Shown: positions 41,010 through 52,155 of the stretch, piece by piece
Numbering within the stretch: position 1 is the stretch's first letter
How the letters are laid out: every line of letters starts with the position of its first letter
Source: an uncultured Thiomicrospira sp.
GTDB lineage: Bacteria > Pseudomonadota > Gammaproteobacteria > CAKMZV01
Assembly: GCA_965195345.1 (NCBI GenBank)
Contig: OZ239628.1
Span: 576,001-640,000, forward strand
Reading direction: 5' to 3'
DNA length: 64,000 nucleotides
Translations under genes and position numbers: made by a program
The notes under the pieces: generated by a model
The model's database searches: none
Seen by the model: only the letters and a program-made list of their open reading frames with translations
Told to the model about the DNA's origin: nothing

Positions 41010-41483
41010 TTATAGTGTGCTTGGGTGCACAACGATGCCGTCTTCATCCGCTACTAACCATTCGCCTGGACGAAACTCGACATCTAAAAAATTAACGGGC
41101 GTATTTAGTTCGCCTTTATTGTTTTTTTGACTTTTCCTAGGATTGGTTGCTAGGGCAAAAATACCTATAGGCATAGAGTTTATGATTGCACTGTCACGGA
41201 TGCAGCCATTAATTATCATCCCTTCCCAACCATTATCAATGGCTAATTTGGCAATCAAATCCCCTACTAAGGCACATTGCAAAGAGCCACCACCATCAAC
41301 AACGAGAACTTTACCTTTTCCATCATTTTCTAGGGTGCTTCGGACGAAAGAGTTATCTTCAAATAGGCGAATTGTAATTATTCTTCCAGCGAATGAAGAG
41401 CGCTTGCCAAAGCGTTTCAACGCAGGTTTCACTACTTGTAGCTGGTCTCCATACTTATCGTATAAGTCAGCCGTTGCATGCAT
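41010..41483 (-). CDS. rraA: RraA / HMG-aldolase family protein
   Basis: TADLYD, FEDN, GKVLVVDGGGS..CALVGD, GCIRDS, ADEDG. Confidence 0.9.
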   Translation of the reverse strand: MHATADLYDKYGDQLQVVKPALKRFGKRSSFAGRIITIRLFEDNSFVRSTLENDGKGKVLVVDGGGSLQCALVGDLIAKLAIDNGWEGMIINGCIRDSAIINSMPIGIFALATNPRKSQKNNKGELNTPVNFLDVEFRPGEWLVADEDGIVVHPSTL

Positions 41484-43435
41484 TAGTTTGACTGGTTTTT
41501 TTGTTGATTTCTTAAGACTAATTCAAGATAACTTCGAAAGCTGCTAAAGGGAAGGTCGTATTTCTGTAGCGAGAAGTTACGAGTTTTTTTCAATTTTGGT
41601 GTGACAATTTTTCTAGGAATTGCTTGAACCCCCTCAGACAAAAATAGAGGGCGACCAGTATAGGTAGATCCTTGGAAACTAAAAGAGATCGCAGACAGTC
41701 TTACTCGCTTGTTCGTTACGAACGAGAATCTGGCATTGCTTATCACTGTACCTTTACGTAGAGCCGCGTAAAGATCGCGGGCATTAGCACCCTGTGGAAC
41801 CTTCACGAGAAAATCTTCTTGGAAGAATGCTTTCGAAAATCCAAGTCGCACTTGCATTAATTCTGTGTTCGGGTTGTAAGCTGCTTTACCATTTTTTTCA
41901 AGAGGGAAAATGACTGGATTTCCGAGTACGTATCTGATCGCATCTATTGCAATCTTTTGCCTTTCTATGTTTGCAACCCCTTTGGCGAGGTTTATTTTTT
42001 CTCGTAATTTCAAAATCTCACGATTACGAATGTCAATGTCACGACGGTATTTCGCTAACGTAATATCAACAGCCTGAGAGTAAGTGGCCACAGTGCGATT
42101 TATGAATGATGCATTGCTTTCAAAATGGTCTTTTTTAAATACAGAGGGCAAAGGAAGTGAAGGTTTTGGAATAAGAGGATATCCTGAGGTTTCAGAGAGC
42201 TTTTGTACATTTCGGTGCGTTAAGTTACGTATGTCTTCCCAAGGTTGATATGAGAAGCCACTAGATGCCCATATTTGTATGCTACCATTTGATCCAGAGA
42301 CGGCAGAAATCCAATCCTTACCATCAATATATGCTACGGATTCTGGACGTAACAAAATAGTGGTTAATGTTCTTTTTGGTCTGCCATCTAATGTCCAAAT
42401 TCGAATGGTCGAATCTAAACTGCTTGAAATTAACCACCGGTTGTTTCTGGAGATTTGAAGTTTGACTACATCATCGCTGTGACCGGATATGCTACCAAGA
42501 AGTGTACCATTAGTTATATTCCATCGACGAATTGTGTTATCACTGCTCCCAGAAAATAAGACTCTGCCATCATTAGAAAAGACTATTGTGTTAATTGGTG
42601 CTCGGTGACCAGACAAACTAAGTGCCAAAGTGTACAACCGCGTATTCCATACTTGAATGGTGTGTTGTTGATCTATGGCTGAAGTGCCAGCAGAGGCTAA
42701 AAATTTACCATCATTTGTGTATGCTAATGTTTTCACGTCTACTAGGTCATCAATGACAAACTCTAAGACTCCTGTGTGCGTATTCCAAATGAAGATGGTA
42801 CTGTTTCCATCCGCAACGGCAAGGCGCGCCTTTTTCGGAGCAAAGGACAGCGCCTGCACGCCATCGTTGTGTCCTTTTAGTGCATGGAGTAGAGAGCCAT
42901 TTTTGGCATCCAGCAAATGAACCGTTCCATCTGAGTATGCGACAGCTATAAGACGACCGTCATCACTGGTCTCGACAGTATGAGGACGCTGTTCACTAGC
43001 AAAGGAATTTTCCAGTGAGAGTGTATTAAGATTCCAAACACTGATTTTATTGCCAATGCTAACTAATGAGTTCCCGTCTATAGAAGGTGATAATTTTGAA
43101 AATATATTAGATCCATCGGTTAGAGTCACTAGCGGGTGGTCTAAATCACGCCAAGCATCTTTGATGCTGTTTCTTTTCCAATCAGCACTCGGTATGCCTG
43201 CGATAGAAAAAGAAGGAAGAGGAATACTGGATCGAAGCTCAATATTTTCTGGCTCATTGTCTTGTGCAATGGAGGCTTGTTGAGGCTGTTCAGAGTTACT
43301 TTCTGCTTTTTCTGCTTTTTCTTCTAATATAGATGGTGTTGTCGAACAGGCAGAAAATATCCCGACAAGAAATAGGGATAGCATGAAGCATAACAGATTT
43401 TTTAAACTATTGAAAGTAAAGTTTATTTTTTTCAT
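41483..43435 (-). CDS. Putative lipoprotein with WD40 beta-propeller and unknown C-terminal domain
   Basis: Lipobox FSA-C; repeated GH...V..L.FS...L.S.S.D.TI..W units; start likely MKKINF at 43435. Confidence 0.8.
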   Translation of the reverse strand: MKKINFTFNSLKNLLCFMLSLFLVGIFSACSTTPSILEEKAEKAESNSEQPQQASIAQDNEPENIELRSSIPLPSFSIAGIPSADWKRNSIKDAWRDLDHPLVTLTDGSNIFSKLSPSIDGNSLVSIGNKISVWNLNTLSLENSFASEQRPHTVETSDDGRLIAVAYSDGTVHLLDAKNGSLLHALKGHNDGVQALSFAPKKARLAVADGNSTIFIWNTHTGVLEFVIDDLVDVKTLAYTNDGKFLASAGTSAIDQQHTIQVWNTRLYTLALSLSGHRAPINTIVFSNDGRVLFSGSSDNTIRRWNITNGTLLGSISGHSDDVVKLQISRNNRWLISSSLDSTIRIWTLDGRPKRTLTTILLRPESVAYIDGKDWISAVSGSNGSIQIWASSGFSYQPWEDIRNLTHRNVQKLSETSGYPLIPKPSLPLPSVFKKDHFESNASFINRTVATYSQAVDITLAKYRRDIDIRNREILKLREKINLAKGVANIERQKIAIDAIRYVLGNPVIFPLEKNGKAAYNPNTELMQVRLGFSKAFFQEDFLVKVPQGANARDLYAALRKGTVISNARFSFVTNKRVRLSAISFSFQGSTYTGRPLFLSEGVQAIPRKIVTPKLKKTRNFSLQKYDLPFSSFRSYLELVLRNQQKNQSN

Positions 43436-43690
43436 ATCGCAAGAGCCTTCAAACAAATTTTTTCTCATTATACACTAATACTTAGCGATTGAACTTAAAG
43501 AAAAATGATAACAATAAGCTCCCTTTATGTTTAAATCAACAATAATATTTTGAGTGACAAGTACATAATGTGATATTTGATTATATAGTGATTAACAGTT
43601 AATTTTAATTTGTTCAAGAATACACATTATTAAACTAGTTTGGTTGTGTGATACTATAAAATTGCAAGTTTGGATAGCTATGGTTGTCCA

Positions 43691-43719
43691 TTGCTTGTTT
43701 TTCTGCCATTCTCTAAATT
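43691..43719 (+). promoter_or_regulatory. sigma70 promoter TTGCTT-N17-TAAATT, 6 nt upstream of the uup ATG (leaderless)
   Basis: Exact spacing read from sequence; no Shine-Dalgarno sequence. Confidence 0.6.
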
Positions 43720-43725
43720 ACCACT

Positions 43726-45609
43726 ATGCTCATTAGTTTAAATAAAGTTAGCTATTCTATAGGCAATAAACGTTTATTTGAAGAAGTAAATCTAGTTATT
43801 GATAGAAATGAACGTATTTGCTTGATTGGTCGAAATGGTGCGGGAAAGACGACCCTTTTAAAGCTGTTACAAGGAACGATTCAACCGATCAATGGTGAAG
43901 TTATTTCTCCATCAGAGCTGCGCATCAGCCAGCTTGAACAGACTTTACCTGAAAATTGTGATATTTCGGTAGGAGATTTTATCAAGCAGGGGTTAGCTCT
44001 CTTACAGAAATTGATTGACGAATACTTTTCAATTAGCAATCAAAGCACTATCGATACTCAAGAAATGGAACGAGTTCAAGCCAAGATAGAAGCAGGTGGA
44101 GGTTGGAATGTTGATCAGCAAATACAAAGTGTATGCAGTGAGCTAGGATTGGATCATCAAAGAAAAATGAGTGAACTTTCTGGTGGATGGAGAAGGAGAG
44201 CGGCACTTGCAAAAGCATTAGTTAATTGCCCAGAATTATTGTTGCTTGATGAGCCAACCAATCATCTTGATTTAAATACAATCGAATGGTTAGAGAATAG
44301 AGTTCGACAGTTTAAGGGTACTGTGGTTTTTATTACCCATGATCGCTTTTTTCTGCAAAAAATGGCGACTCGTATTGTAGAAATAGATCGTTCGAAGTTA
44401 ATCAGTTATACAGGTGATTACGCGAGTTATTTGCGTTATAAGGAACACTTGGATGAAGTTGAAGATGAACAGCAAACGCTATTTAATAAGCGTTTGGGTC
44501 GAGAAGAGATTTGGTTGAGGAAGGGTGTTAAAGCAAGGGGTAAGCGTAACCAAGGACGTGTGCGGAATCTTGAAGAAATGCGAGATGAAAGCCAACAACG
44601 CATAAAAAGACAACCAATAGCACGATTTCGCATAGCTGAATCTTCTGAGATTTCAGGGCGTAAGGTCATTGAGGCGCATAATCTGGGGTATCGAATAGAT
44701 AGTGAAAATTGGCTTTTTAAAAATTTTGATTTGAAAATCGGACGTGGTGATCGTATTGGAGTGATAGGAAACAACGGAGTGGGCAAAAGTACTTTATTAC
44801 AACTTTTACTGGATGAACGCAAGCCAGATGAAGGTGTTGTTAAGAGAGGAACCAATCTCTTCAAGGGTTATTTCGATCAAAACCAGAGTTTATTGAATTT
44901 AGAAAAGACGGTGGCGTACAACGTCAATAACGGTAGTGATTATATTGAAAACAATAGCGCGAAAACCCACGTTGTAGGCTATCTGAAAGGATTCTTGTTT
45001 TCTTCGGAACAGGCATTAGAGAAAGCTCATTATTTATCGGGAGGAGAAAGGAATAGATTGCTATTAGCTCGATTATTTGCTCAACCAAGCAACTTGCTGA
45101 TATTGGATGAGCCTACTAATGATTTGGATATTCAAATGCTTGAGGTGCTTGAAAATGAATTGAAGCGATATAGTGGAACAATAATTGTTGTGAGTCATGA
45201 TAGACAATTTCTTGATAAAGTAGTTGATAGAGTTTTGGTTTTTGAAGAGGATTCCTCATTAACCATGCATGCAGGAGGATATTCTGATTGGGTTCTCAAA
45301 GGACGTACGCTTAAAACTCTTGATGAAGATTCTGAGCAGAAGCTTAAGAAAAGTGTGCAATCCCCGGTATCAAAAGAAAAGAAAAAGTTAGGGTACAGAG
45401 AACAGCGCGAATGGGACGCTCTTCCGAACAACATTGATGTGCTTGAAAAGAAAATTCAAAGTTTGAGCAAAGAGGTTGCCAGCGATTATTTCATTGCGTT
45501 ATCTTTTGAAGATCAAAAGCCTATTTTGGAATCATTAACTACAGCTCAAAAATCTTTAAACGATCACACAGAACGATGGCTTGAATTAGCTGAAGTCATT
45601 GGTTTGTGA
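43726..45609 (+). CDS. uup: ABC-F family ATPase Uup
   Basis: Two ABC domains (GRNGAGKT, LSGGW, DEPTNHLD; GNNGVGKS, LSGGE), EEIWLRKGVKAR..RNQGRVR linker, KKLGYREQRE tail. Confidence 0.92.
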   Translation: MLISLNKVSYSIGNKRLFEEVNLVIDRNERICLIGRNGAGKTTLLKLLQGTIQPINGEVISPSELRISQLEQTLPENCDISVGDFIKQGLALLQKLIDEYFSISNQSTIDTQEMERVQAKIEAGGGWNVDQQIQSVCSELGLDHQRKMSELSGGWRRRAALAKALVNCPELLLLDEPTNHLDLNTIEWLENRVRQFKGTVVFITHDRFFLQKMATRIVEIDRSKLISYTGDYASYLRYKEHLDEVEDEQQTLFNKRLGREEIWLRKGVKARGKRNQGRVRNLEEMRDESQQRIKRQPIARFRIAESSEISGRKVIEAHNLGYRIDSENWLFKNFDLKIGRGDRIGVIGNNGVGKSTLLQLLLDERKPDEGVVKRGTNLFKGYFDQNQSLLNLEKTVAYNVNNGSDYIENNSAKTHVVGYLKGFLFSSEQALEKAHYLSGGERNRLLLARLFAQPSNLLILDEPTNDLDIQMLEVLENELKRYSGTIIVVSHDRQFLDKVVDRVLVFEEDSSLTMHAGGYSDWVLKGRTLKTLDEDSEQKLKKSVQSPVSKEKKKLGYREQREWDALPNNIDVLEKKIQSLSKEVASDYFIALSFEDQKPILESLTTAQKSLNDHTERWLELAEVIGL

Positions 45610-45671
45610 TAGATCACAATTTGTGTTTTTTAAATGGCATCAGTGCTGAATAACTGCTTTCCACTTTACGA

Positions 45672-46004
45672 TCAACTTTTCTTTACGTGCGCCTCTTGTA
45701 ATAATTCAGTGAGTTCTCCCTTTTCAGCCATTTCGATTACTATATCGCTACCACCAATGAGTTCTCCATCTATATAGATTTGAGGAAACGTTGGCCAATC
45801 AGCATAGCTAGGAAGGTGTTCAAATATTTCAGGATCGGCAAGGACATTGACATAAGCGAATTGTTCGCCAGAACTAACAAGTGCCTGTGCTGCTCGTGAA
45901 GAAAATCCACAAGATGGAAGTTGAGGAGATCCTTTCATATAGATAACGACAGGATTATTTTTAACTTGCTCATCAATGCGTTTTAAAGTATCTTCTGTGC
46001 TCAT
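45672..46004 (-). CDS. grxD: Monothiol glutaredoxin Grx4
   Basis: MKG.P..P.CGFS, WPTFPQ, GG.DI; GGAG RBS before ATG 46004. Confidence 0.95.
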   Translation of the reverse strand: MSTEDTLKRIDEQVKNNPVVIYMKGSPQLPSCGFSSRAAQALVSSGEQFAYVNVLADPEIFEHLPSYADWPTFPQIYIDGELIGGSDIVIEMAEKGELTELLQEAHVKKS

Positions 46005-46041
46005 TATAAGAAACTCCAATTTTTTAGGTAAAATAGATAGA

Positions 46042-47235
46042 ATGCGAATTATAGCGGATAGAGCCATAGCGGACGTTGAATCATTCCTGTTAGGTTGTGG
46101 AAATGTTGAGCTTATGTTGGCATCACAAATAAATGCTACAGCTGTACGTGATGCCGATGTGTTATTGGTGCGTTCAAGGACAAGGGTTACTCCTACTTTG
46201 CTTCAAGGGTCAAAGGTGCGGTTTGTTGGGTCATGTGTGTCTGGAGTGGATCATGTTGATCAAGAGTGGCTTAGAAGAGCAGGAATAGTTTTTGCCCATG
46301 CACGTGGTTGTAACGCTGATTCGGTTGCTGAATATGTGGCTACAGTAATAATGCATTATGTTTTTACTAATCAGATGTCTTTTGATACTTTATCGGTTGG
46401 TGTTATTGGAGTAGGTGCTGTAGGAACACGCTTAGTTGAAGTTTTACAAACTTTAGGGATCGAAGTGCATACCTATGACCCGTTGCGAGCGGAAGCGGAA
46501 GGGAATAAACTTTTCGACAATCTTGATGCCGTGAAGCAATCAGAAATAATTAGTTTGCATGTGCCCTTTTCAATGCAAGGAAAATATCCCACTAAAAATT
46601 TTGTGGACACTGATTTTTTGAAAACAAGTAAAGTCAAGTGTTTAATAAATGCTGCTCGGGGAGAAGTTATTGATGAATTGGCGTTACGCAATTATCCGTT
46701 GGATTTTTGTGCCCTTGATTGTTGGCAGAATGAACCAGATATTAATTTACAATTGATTCAAAAGAGCAGTTTAGCGACACCGCACATAGCAGGACATTCT
46801 TGGAATGCTAAAGTGGCTGGTACGAGGATGGTAGTGCAACAGATGAAAAAGACGTTTGCATTACCTGAGCAACAGAAAGCTGATTCAGCTGTCACAAAAA
46901 AAATCTCTCTTAAATTAAACGATTTTTCAAGTTTTGAAGAGGCCGTGTGCGCATTTGCAAAGCTGTGTTACAACCCCCTATCAGACTGTTTAAAGGACAA
47001 AGGGCTAAATGTAATCACCGCATTTGAAAGGCATAGAAATAATTACCCAAAGCGATGTGAATGGATAGACTGCACTGTTCAATTGCACGGGAAAAAGGAC
47101 GTCAAATGGGCTAAGCGTTTCGAACATTGGTTGTTAGAAAATCGTGTGAAAATCAATTCTTGGAACGAGAGTAGTTCCTCATTTGTAAAACTGTCTACGC
47201 ATCGAGGAAAACTTTGGGAAAAAGGAGGTTGTTGA
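46042..47235 (+). CDS. pdxB: 4-phosphoerythronate dehydrogenase
   Basis: MRIIAD, LLVRS.T.V, G.DHVD, GCNA.SVAEY, SLHVP, INAARG, DCWQNEP, TPHIAG. Confidence 0.9.
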   Translation: MRIIADRAIADVESFLLGCGNVELMLASQINATAVRDADVLLVRSRTRVTPTLLQGSKVRFVGSCVSGVDHVDQEWLRRAGIVFAHARGCNADSVAEYVATVIMHYVFTNQMSFDTLSVGVIGVGAVGTRLVEVLQTLGIEVHTYDPLRAEAEGNKLFDNLDAVKQSEIISLHVPFSMQGKYPTKNFVDTDFLKTSKVKCLINAARGEVIDELALRNYPLDFCALDCWQNEPDINLQLIQKSSLATPHIAGHSWNAKVAGTRMVVQQMKKTFALPEQQKADSAVTKKISLKLNDFSSFEEAVCAFAKLCYNPLSDCLKDKGLNVITAFERHRNNYPKRCEWIDCTVQLHGKKDVKWAKRFEHWLLENRVKINSWNESSSSFVKLSTHRGKLWEKGGC

Positions 47236-47399
47236 CTGCACAGGTATTTGCTTTGCAATTAAAGTGAGTAATCAAACTTTTCAATATCTATTTTTGGATT
47301 ACTTGTTTTTTATGAATGTTTAATGGAAATGGAAGCGAAAAGCATTACTGCTGTAAGCACCAGCAAACTGGGTTTTTTTTCGGTATAATGCCGCCCGCT

Positions 47400-47723
47400 A
47401 TGAATCTCTTATCGTTTCTTTTATTATTTTGTTTTTCAGCGTTCGCGTTTGCAGCTGACGATTCTTCTGTTGAATACAATTCAGGAAAATCTCATTATTT
47501 AGCTAAGTGTGCGTTTTGCCACGGCGTTAGTGGAGAAGGGGTAGGAATTTTTCCGGCGCTTCGAGGTTCTGATGCCAAAGATGTGAAAGATAAGCTTCAA
47601 CGGTATAGAAAATCAAGAAAAGTTGGTCGATACAGTGCAATGATGTATGTTCGCGCGTCTAAGTTGACTGATGAACAGATAGAAGCCCTGTCAGATTACA
47701 TTCCGACTTTGGGAAATCCATAG
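47400..47723 (+). CDS. Monoheme c-type cytochrome (c553/c554-like)
   Basis: Signal peptide ..AFA, CAFCH heme motif, FPAL.G, distal Met, LTDEQI.AL..YI. Confidence 0.88.
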   Translation: MNLLSFLLLFCFSAFAFAADDSSVEYNSGKSHYLAKCAFCHGVSGEGVGIFPALRGSDAKDVKDKLQRYRKSRKVGRYSAMMYVRASKLTDEQIEALSDYIPTLGNP

Positions 47724-47751
47724 TAATCTTTTTGAGGAAAATGCTGGCAGG

Positions 47752-47774
47752 TATTTAAAATAGTATTTTAAATA
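47752..47774. promoter_or_regulatory. Perfect palindrome upstream of prpB (candidate operator)
   Basis: TATTTAAAATA-G-TATTTTAAATA. Confidence 0.4.
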
Positions 47775-47810
47775 ATAGTATTTTGAAATCTGAATAATCA
47801 AGGAGAATGT

Positions 47811-48695
47811 ATGGAAAGAATGAGTCCAGGCTTGAGGTTTCGAAAAGAAGTAACGGACAATGTGCCTTTGCAAATTGTCGGTGTGATTAACGCATATAGC
47901 GCACTTCTTGCGGAGAAATCAGATCATAAGGCTTTTTATCTATCGGGTGCAGGCGTTGCAAATGCTTCTTTTGGTTTGCCTGACTTAGGAATTACCTCTC
48001 TTGAAAATGTCCTTGAAGATGCCAAACGAATTACTGGAGCGACCGCTAAACCATTGTTAGTCGATATCGATACGGGATGGGGAGGCGCTTTCAACATAGC
48101 ACGTACCGTAAAAGAAATGGAACGCATAGGCGTAGCTGCTGTTCACATTGAAGATCAAGTTGTACAAAAACGTTGCGGTCATCGCCCAAATAAAGCCATT
48201 GTAAGTAAATCGGAAATGGTTGATAGAATAAAAGCGGCAGTTGATGCACGTGTTGACGACGATTTTGTTATTTTTGCGCGCACTGATGCACTTGCTGTTG
48301 AAGGGATGGAAGCTGCTACAGAAAGAGCGTTGGCTTATGTCGATGCAGGTGCAGATATGATTTTCCCTGAGGCTATGACTTCTCTTGAGCAGTATGCTGA
48401 ATTTGCAGAAGTTGTTAAAGTTCCATTTTTAGCAAACATCACTGAATTTGGTATGTCACCAATGTTTACAACAACCGAATTGGCGGGTGCTGGAGTCAAT
48501 ATGGTTCTTTATCCTCTTTCGGCTTTTAGAGCGATGAGTTTAGCAGCACTGAATGTTTATCAAACGCTGCGTGAAGAGGGAACTCAAAAAAATTGTCTTG
48601 AAAAAATGCAAAATCGAAATGATTTATACGAAGTATTGAACTATTACGCTTATGAAAATAAGCTTGATAAATTATTTAATGGAGAAAAGGAATGA
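47811..48695 (+). CDS. prpB: 2-methylisocitrate lyase
   Basis: GLPDLG, DIDTGWG, EDQ...KRCGHRP, ARTDA. Confidence 0.96.
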   Translation: MERMSPGLRFRKEVTDNVPLQIVGVINAYSALLAEKSDHKAFYLSGAGVANASFGLPDLGITSLENVLEDAKRITGATAKPLLVDIDTGWGGAFNIARTVKEMERIGVAAVHIEDQVVQKRCGHRPNKAIVSKSEMVDRIKAAVDARVDDDFVIFARTDALAVEGMEAATERALAYVDAGADMIFPEAMTSLEQYAEFAEVVKVPFLANITEFGMSPMFTTTELAGAGVNMVLYPLSAFRAMSLAALNVYQTLREEGTQKNCLEKMQNRNDLYEVLNYYAYENKLDKLFNGEKE

Positions 48696-49807
48696 CTGAA
48701 AATACTGCAGGCTTAAGAGGAATAAATGCCGGCGAAACAGCCGTATGTACATGTGGAAAAGAAGGCGTTGGGTTAACATATAGAGGTTACGATATTAAAG
48801 ATCTTGCCGCTAATGTTAGTTTTGAAGAAGTTGCATTCTTACTATTAAATGGTGAATTACCTACCCAAAGCGAACTGAACGAGTACAAAAAAAATCTAGT
48901 CTCTAATTACAGTGTTCCTGTTGCGGTTAAGACTGTTTTAGAACAAATACCTGCCAATGCTCATCCAATGGATGTGATGCGCACGGCAGCTTCAGCTCTT
49001 GGTACGGTTGAACCAGAGAATAGTCCTTCTCAACAGATGGATGTGGCAAATCGATTGCTTGGGTTTTTCCCTTCTGCTTTGTTGTATTGGTATCATTTTG
49101 CGCATAGTGGCAAACGGATTGAAACGGAAACAGCAAATCCTTCTTTAGGAGCACATTTTTTAACGTTGTTGCACGGCAAAGAACCGAGTCAATTAGAAGC
49201 TGAAGCCATGGATGTATCTTTAACGTTATATGCTGAACATGAATTCAATGCTTCTACGTTTACAACTCGTGTAATTACGGCAACGCTTTCGGACTTTTAT
49301 TCTGCGATTTGTGGCGGTATTGGGGCGTTGAGAGGTAACTTACATGGTGGAGCTAATGAGGCTGCAATGGAATTAATAGAGCAATATACTTCACCAGAAA
49401 AGGCTAAAGAGGGCATTTTAGAAAAACTTTCTCGAAAAGATAAAATTATGGGGTTTGGGCACGCTGTTTATAAAATTTCTGATCCTCGAAATGAAGTTAT
49501 CAAAGATTGGTCGGAGAAGCTCAGCCATAACCATCAAGATGAGTATTTATTCGCTGTTTCAGAAGCAGTAGAAAAGGCTATGTGGGATGAGAAAAAACTT
49601 TTCCCAAATTTGGATTTCTTTTCAGCGTCTGCCTATCATTTTTTAGGAATTCCTACTGAACTTTTCACACCGATATTTGTTATGAGTCGAACGGCTGGAT
49701 GGTCGGCGCACATCATAGAACAGCGAGCGAATAATCGCCTTATTCGTCCAAATGCAGAATATGTTGGAAAAGCATTGCGTGCAGTGTCTCCAATTACATC
49801 AAGATAA
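48692..49807 (+). CDS. prpC: 2-methylcitrate synthase
   Basis: [41 protein letters not shown]. Confidence 0.95.
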   Translation: MTENTAGLRGINAGETAVCTCGKEGVGLTYRGYDIKDLAANVSFEEVAFLLLNGELPTQSELNEYKKNLVSNYSVPVAVKTVLEQIPANAHPMDVMRTAASALGTVEPENSPSQQMDVANRLLGFFPSALLYWYHFAHSGKRIETETANPSLGAHFLTLLHGKEPSQLEAEAMDVSLTLYAEHEFNASTFTTRVITATLSDFYSAICGGIGALRGNLHGGANEAAMELIEQYTSPEKAKEGILEKLSRKDKIMGFGHAVYKISDPRNEVIKDWSEKLSHNHQDEYLFAVSEAVEKAMWDEKKLFPNLDFFSASAYHFLGIPTELFTPIFVMSRTAGWSAHIIEQRANNRLIRPNAEYVGKALRAVSPITSR

Positions 49808-49846
49808 CAGAATAGTATTCCCATAATCAATAAGGAACATTTAATA

Positions 49847-51298
49847 ATGAGTAAGCAAGTTTTTTCCGCCAAACGACCTGATTTTGATCCACTGCTAAAA
49901 AGGATTACGGACTATGTAACTTCATTTGACGTTAGTCAGTCAAAATTAGCAATGGAAACGGCACGGTATTGTTTAATGGATTCCATCGGTACTGCTTTTA
50001 TGGCTTTGAAATACCCAGCATGTACCAAAATGCTGGGTCCAGTTGTACCTGGTGCGCAAATGACGGATGGTGCAAAGGTTCCAGGAACTTCGTACCGTCT
50101 TGACCCTGTGCAGGCAGCGTTTAATTTCGGTGCTATGATTCGTTGGCTTGATTTCAATGATACATGGTTGGCTGCTGAATGGGGACATCCTTCAGACAAT
50201 CTTGGCGGTATATTGATGGTGGCCGATTATGTGAGCAGACGCAATCTCAATAACGGGAAAAGTCCGTTGACAATGAAGGATGTGCTTGAGGGAATGATTA
50301 AGGCGCATGAAATTCAAGGTGTTCTCGCATTGCAAAATAGTTTCAATCGCGTAGGTTTAGATCACGTTATGCTCGTGAGGATAGCAACTGCTCCAGTGGT
50401 TTCAAAAATGCTAGGCAACACGGATGAACAAACACTTAATGTTGTATCGCATACTTGGATTGACGGGTCTTCTTTGCGAACGTATCGTCACGCTCCCAAT
50501 ACTGGTTCACGTAAAAGTTGGGCGGCAGGAGATGCTACTGCTAGAGCGGTGCGTTTAGCGCTCATCGGAGGCACTGGCGAGATGGGATATCCTGCTGCAT
50601 TGAGCGTGCCTGTTTGGGGATTTCAAGATGTCTTATTTAAGGGTAAGGAATTGCAGATGGAGCGCGATTTTTCTACGTACGTGATGGAAAATGTTTTATT
50701 TAAGATTTCTTTCCCTGCAGAATTTCATGCCCAAACCGCCGTTGAAGCAGGCGTTAAACTACATCCATCCGTTGTTGGGCGGATAGATGATGTTGATCGC
50801 ATAGTGATTGAGACTCAAGAGTCAGGTCAACGAATTATTAACAAAACAGGAAAGCTAGATAATCCTGCCGATCGAGATCACTGCATTCAATACATGGTGG
50901 CGATTTCTTTGATTAAAGGCGATTTGACAGCTGAAGATTATGAAGATGTGGTTGCTAATGATGTTCGGGTGGATGCGCTGCGTGATAAGATGGAAGTGAA
51001 AGAGGTTCAGAAATACACCAAAGATTACATGGATCCGAGCAAGCGTTATATAGGTAATGCGGTACAAGTCTTCTTTAAAGATGGTACAAGCACTGAACGC
51101 GTTGAGATTAATTACCCAATTGGGCATCGTTTACGTCGAGAAGAAGGAATTCCTGTTCTTTGTGATAAGTTCACCAGAAATCTTGCTGGTCATCTAAGTG
51201 CTTACCGATGCTCTAAAATTGAGGAAATTTGTGCGGACCAGAATGTGTTGGAGTCCATGGCAGTAAATGAATTTGTTGATCTTTTGCATATGGGTTGA
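49847..51298 (+). CDS. prpD: 2-methylcitrate dehydratase
   Basis: [45 protein letters not shown]. Confidence 0.96.
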   Translation: MSKQVFSAKRPDFDPLLKRITDYVTSFDVSQSKLAMETARYCLMDSIGTAFMALKYPACTKMLGPVVPGAQMTDGAKVPGTSYRLDPVQAAFNFGAMIRWLDFNDTWLAAEWGHPSDNLGGILMVADYVSRRNLNNGKSPLTMKDVLEGMIKAHEIQGVLALQNSFNRVGLDHVMLVRIATAPVVSKMLGNTDEQTLNVVSHTWIDGSSLRTYRHAPNTGSRKSWAAGDATARAVRLALIGGTGEMGYPAALSVPVWGFQDVLFKGKELQMERDFSTYVMENVLFKISFPAEFHAQTAVEAGVKLHPSVVGRIDDVDRIVIETQESGQRIINKTGKLDNPADRDHCIQYMVAISLIKGDLTAEDYEDVVANDVRVDALRDKMEVKEVQKYTKDYMDPSKRYIGNAVQVFFKDGTSTERVEINYPIGHRLRREEGIPVLCDKFTRNLAGHLSAYRCSKIEEICADQNVLESMAVNEFVDLLHMG

Positions 51299-51425
51299 AT
51301 TCAAGTTAAACTCAAGGATATACTTTATAATAATACAGTTTTTTGGGCCGTGCGATACTGAAGATGTTTGATAAGATTCCAAATAATACTATGTATAAAA
51401 TTTTTAGATATGGATAATATAAAAT

Positions 51426-52067
51426 ATGGACTTTACAACAGCACGCAATAATATGATCCAACAACAAGTGAGAACTTGGAATGTTTTAGATGAAAAAGTC
51501 TTGCAAGTGCTGAGTTCTGTTCCCAGAGAAAATTTTGTTCCCAAAGAATACAAGAAAATCGCGTTAAGTGATGTTTCAATCCCTTTACCCAGTGGTGGGA
51601 AAATGTTTACTCCTAAGGAGGAAGGACGGCTTATTCAGGCACTCAAGCTGGAATCAAAAGATAACGTTTTACAGTTTGGTGTAGGTAGTGGTTACTTGAC
51701 GGCACTAATAGCTAGTTTGGTTCAGTCTGTTACGGTGTGTGATATTGATGCAGTTGCTTTAAATAGCGCAAAAATGTGCCTTGAGGGTTTTAATAATATT
51801 AGTTTTACTGAAGGGTGTGCATTTGAAATGCAGTCTGATAAGCCTTGGGATGCCATAGTGGTCACCGCTTCAGTGGAGAAATGTCCAACTAAATGGTTGG
51901 AGTGGTTGGCTGATGAAGGGCGTCTTTTTGTTATTGAAGGAGATACTCCAGCAATGCAAGCGGTTGTGATTAAGAAGCATCATGGCTCTTATATTCGGAG
52001 AAATTTATTTGAAACCACCACCCAACGAATGAAAAACGCTCCTGAAGAAATAAACTTCAAGTTATGA
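51426..52067 (+). CDS. Protein-L-isoaspartate O-methyltransferase family protein
   Basis: ARNNMIQQQVRTW, VPRE.FVP, G.GSGY, LFET. Confidence 0.88.
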   Translation: MDFTTARNNMIQQQVRTWNVLDEKVLQVLSSVPRENFVPKEYKKIALSDVSIPLPSGGKMFTPKEEGRLIQALKLESKDNVLQFGVGSGYLTALIASLVQSVTVCDIDAVALNSAKMCLEGFNNISFTEGCAFEMQSDKPWDAIVVTASVEKCPTKWLEWLADEGRLFVIEGDTPAMQAVVIKKHHGSYIRRNLFETTTQRMKNAPEEINFKL

Positions 52068-52155
52068 TGTTTTTTTTGATAGAATACTTGATTAGTTAGC
52101 GAAGAAAAAGAAATTATTTATAGAATATTTACGAATTAAAAATTGAGGAATTAAG

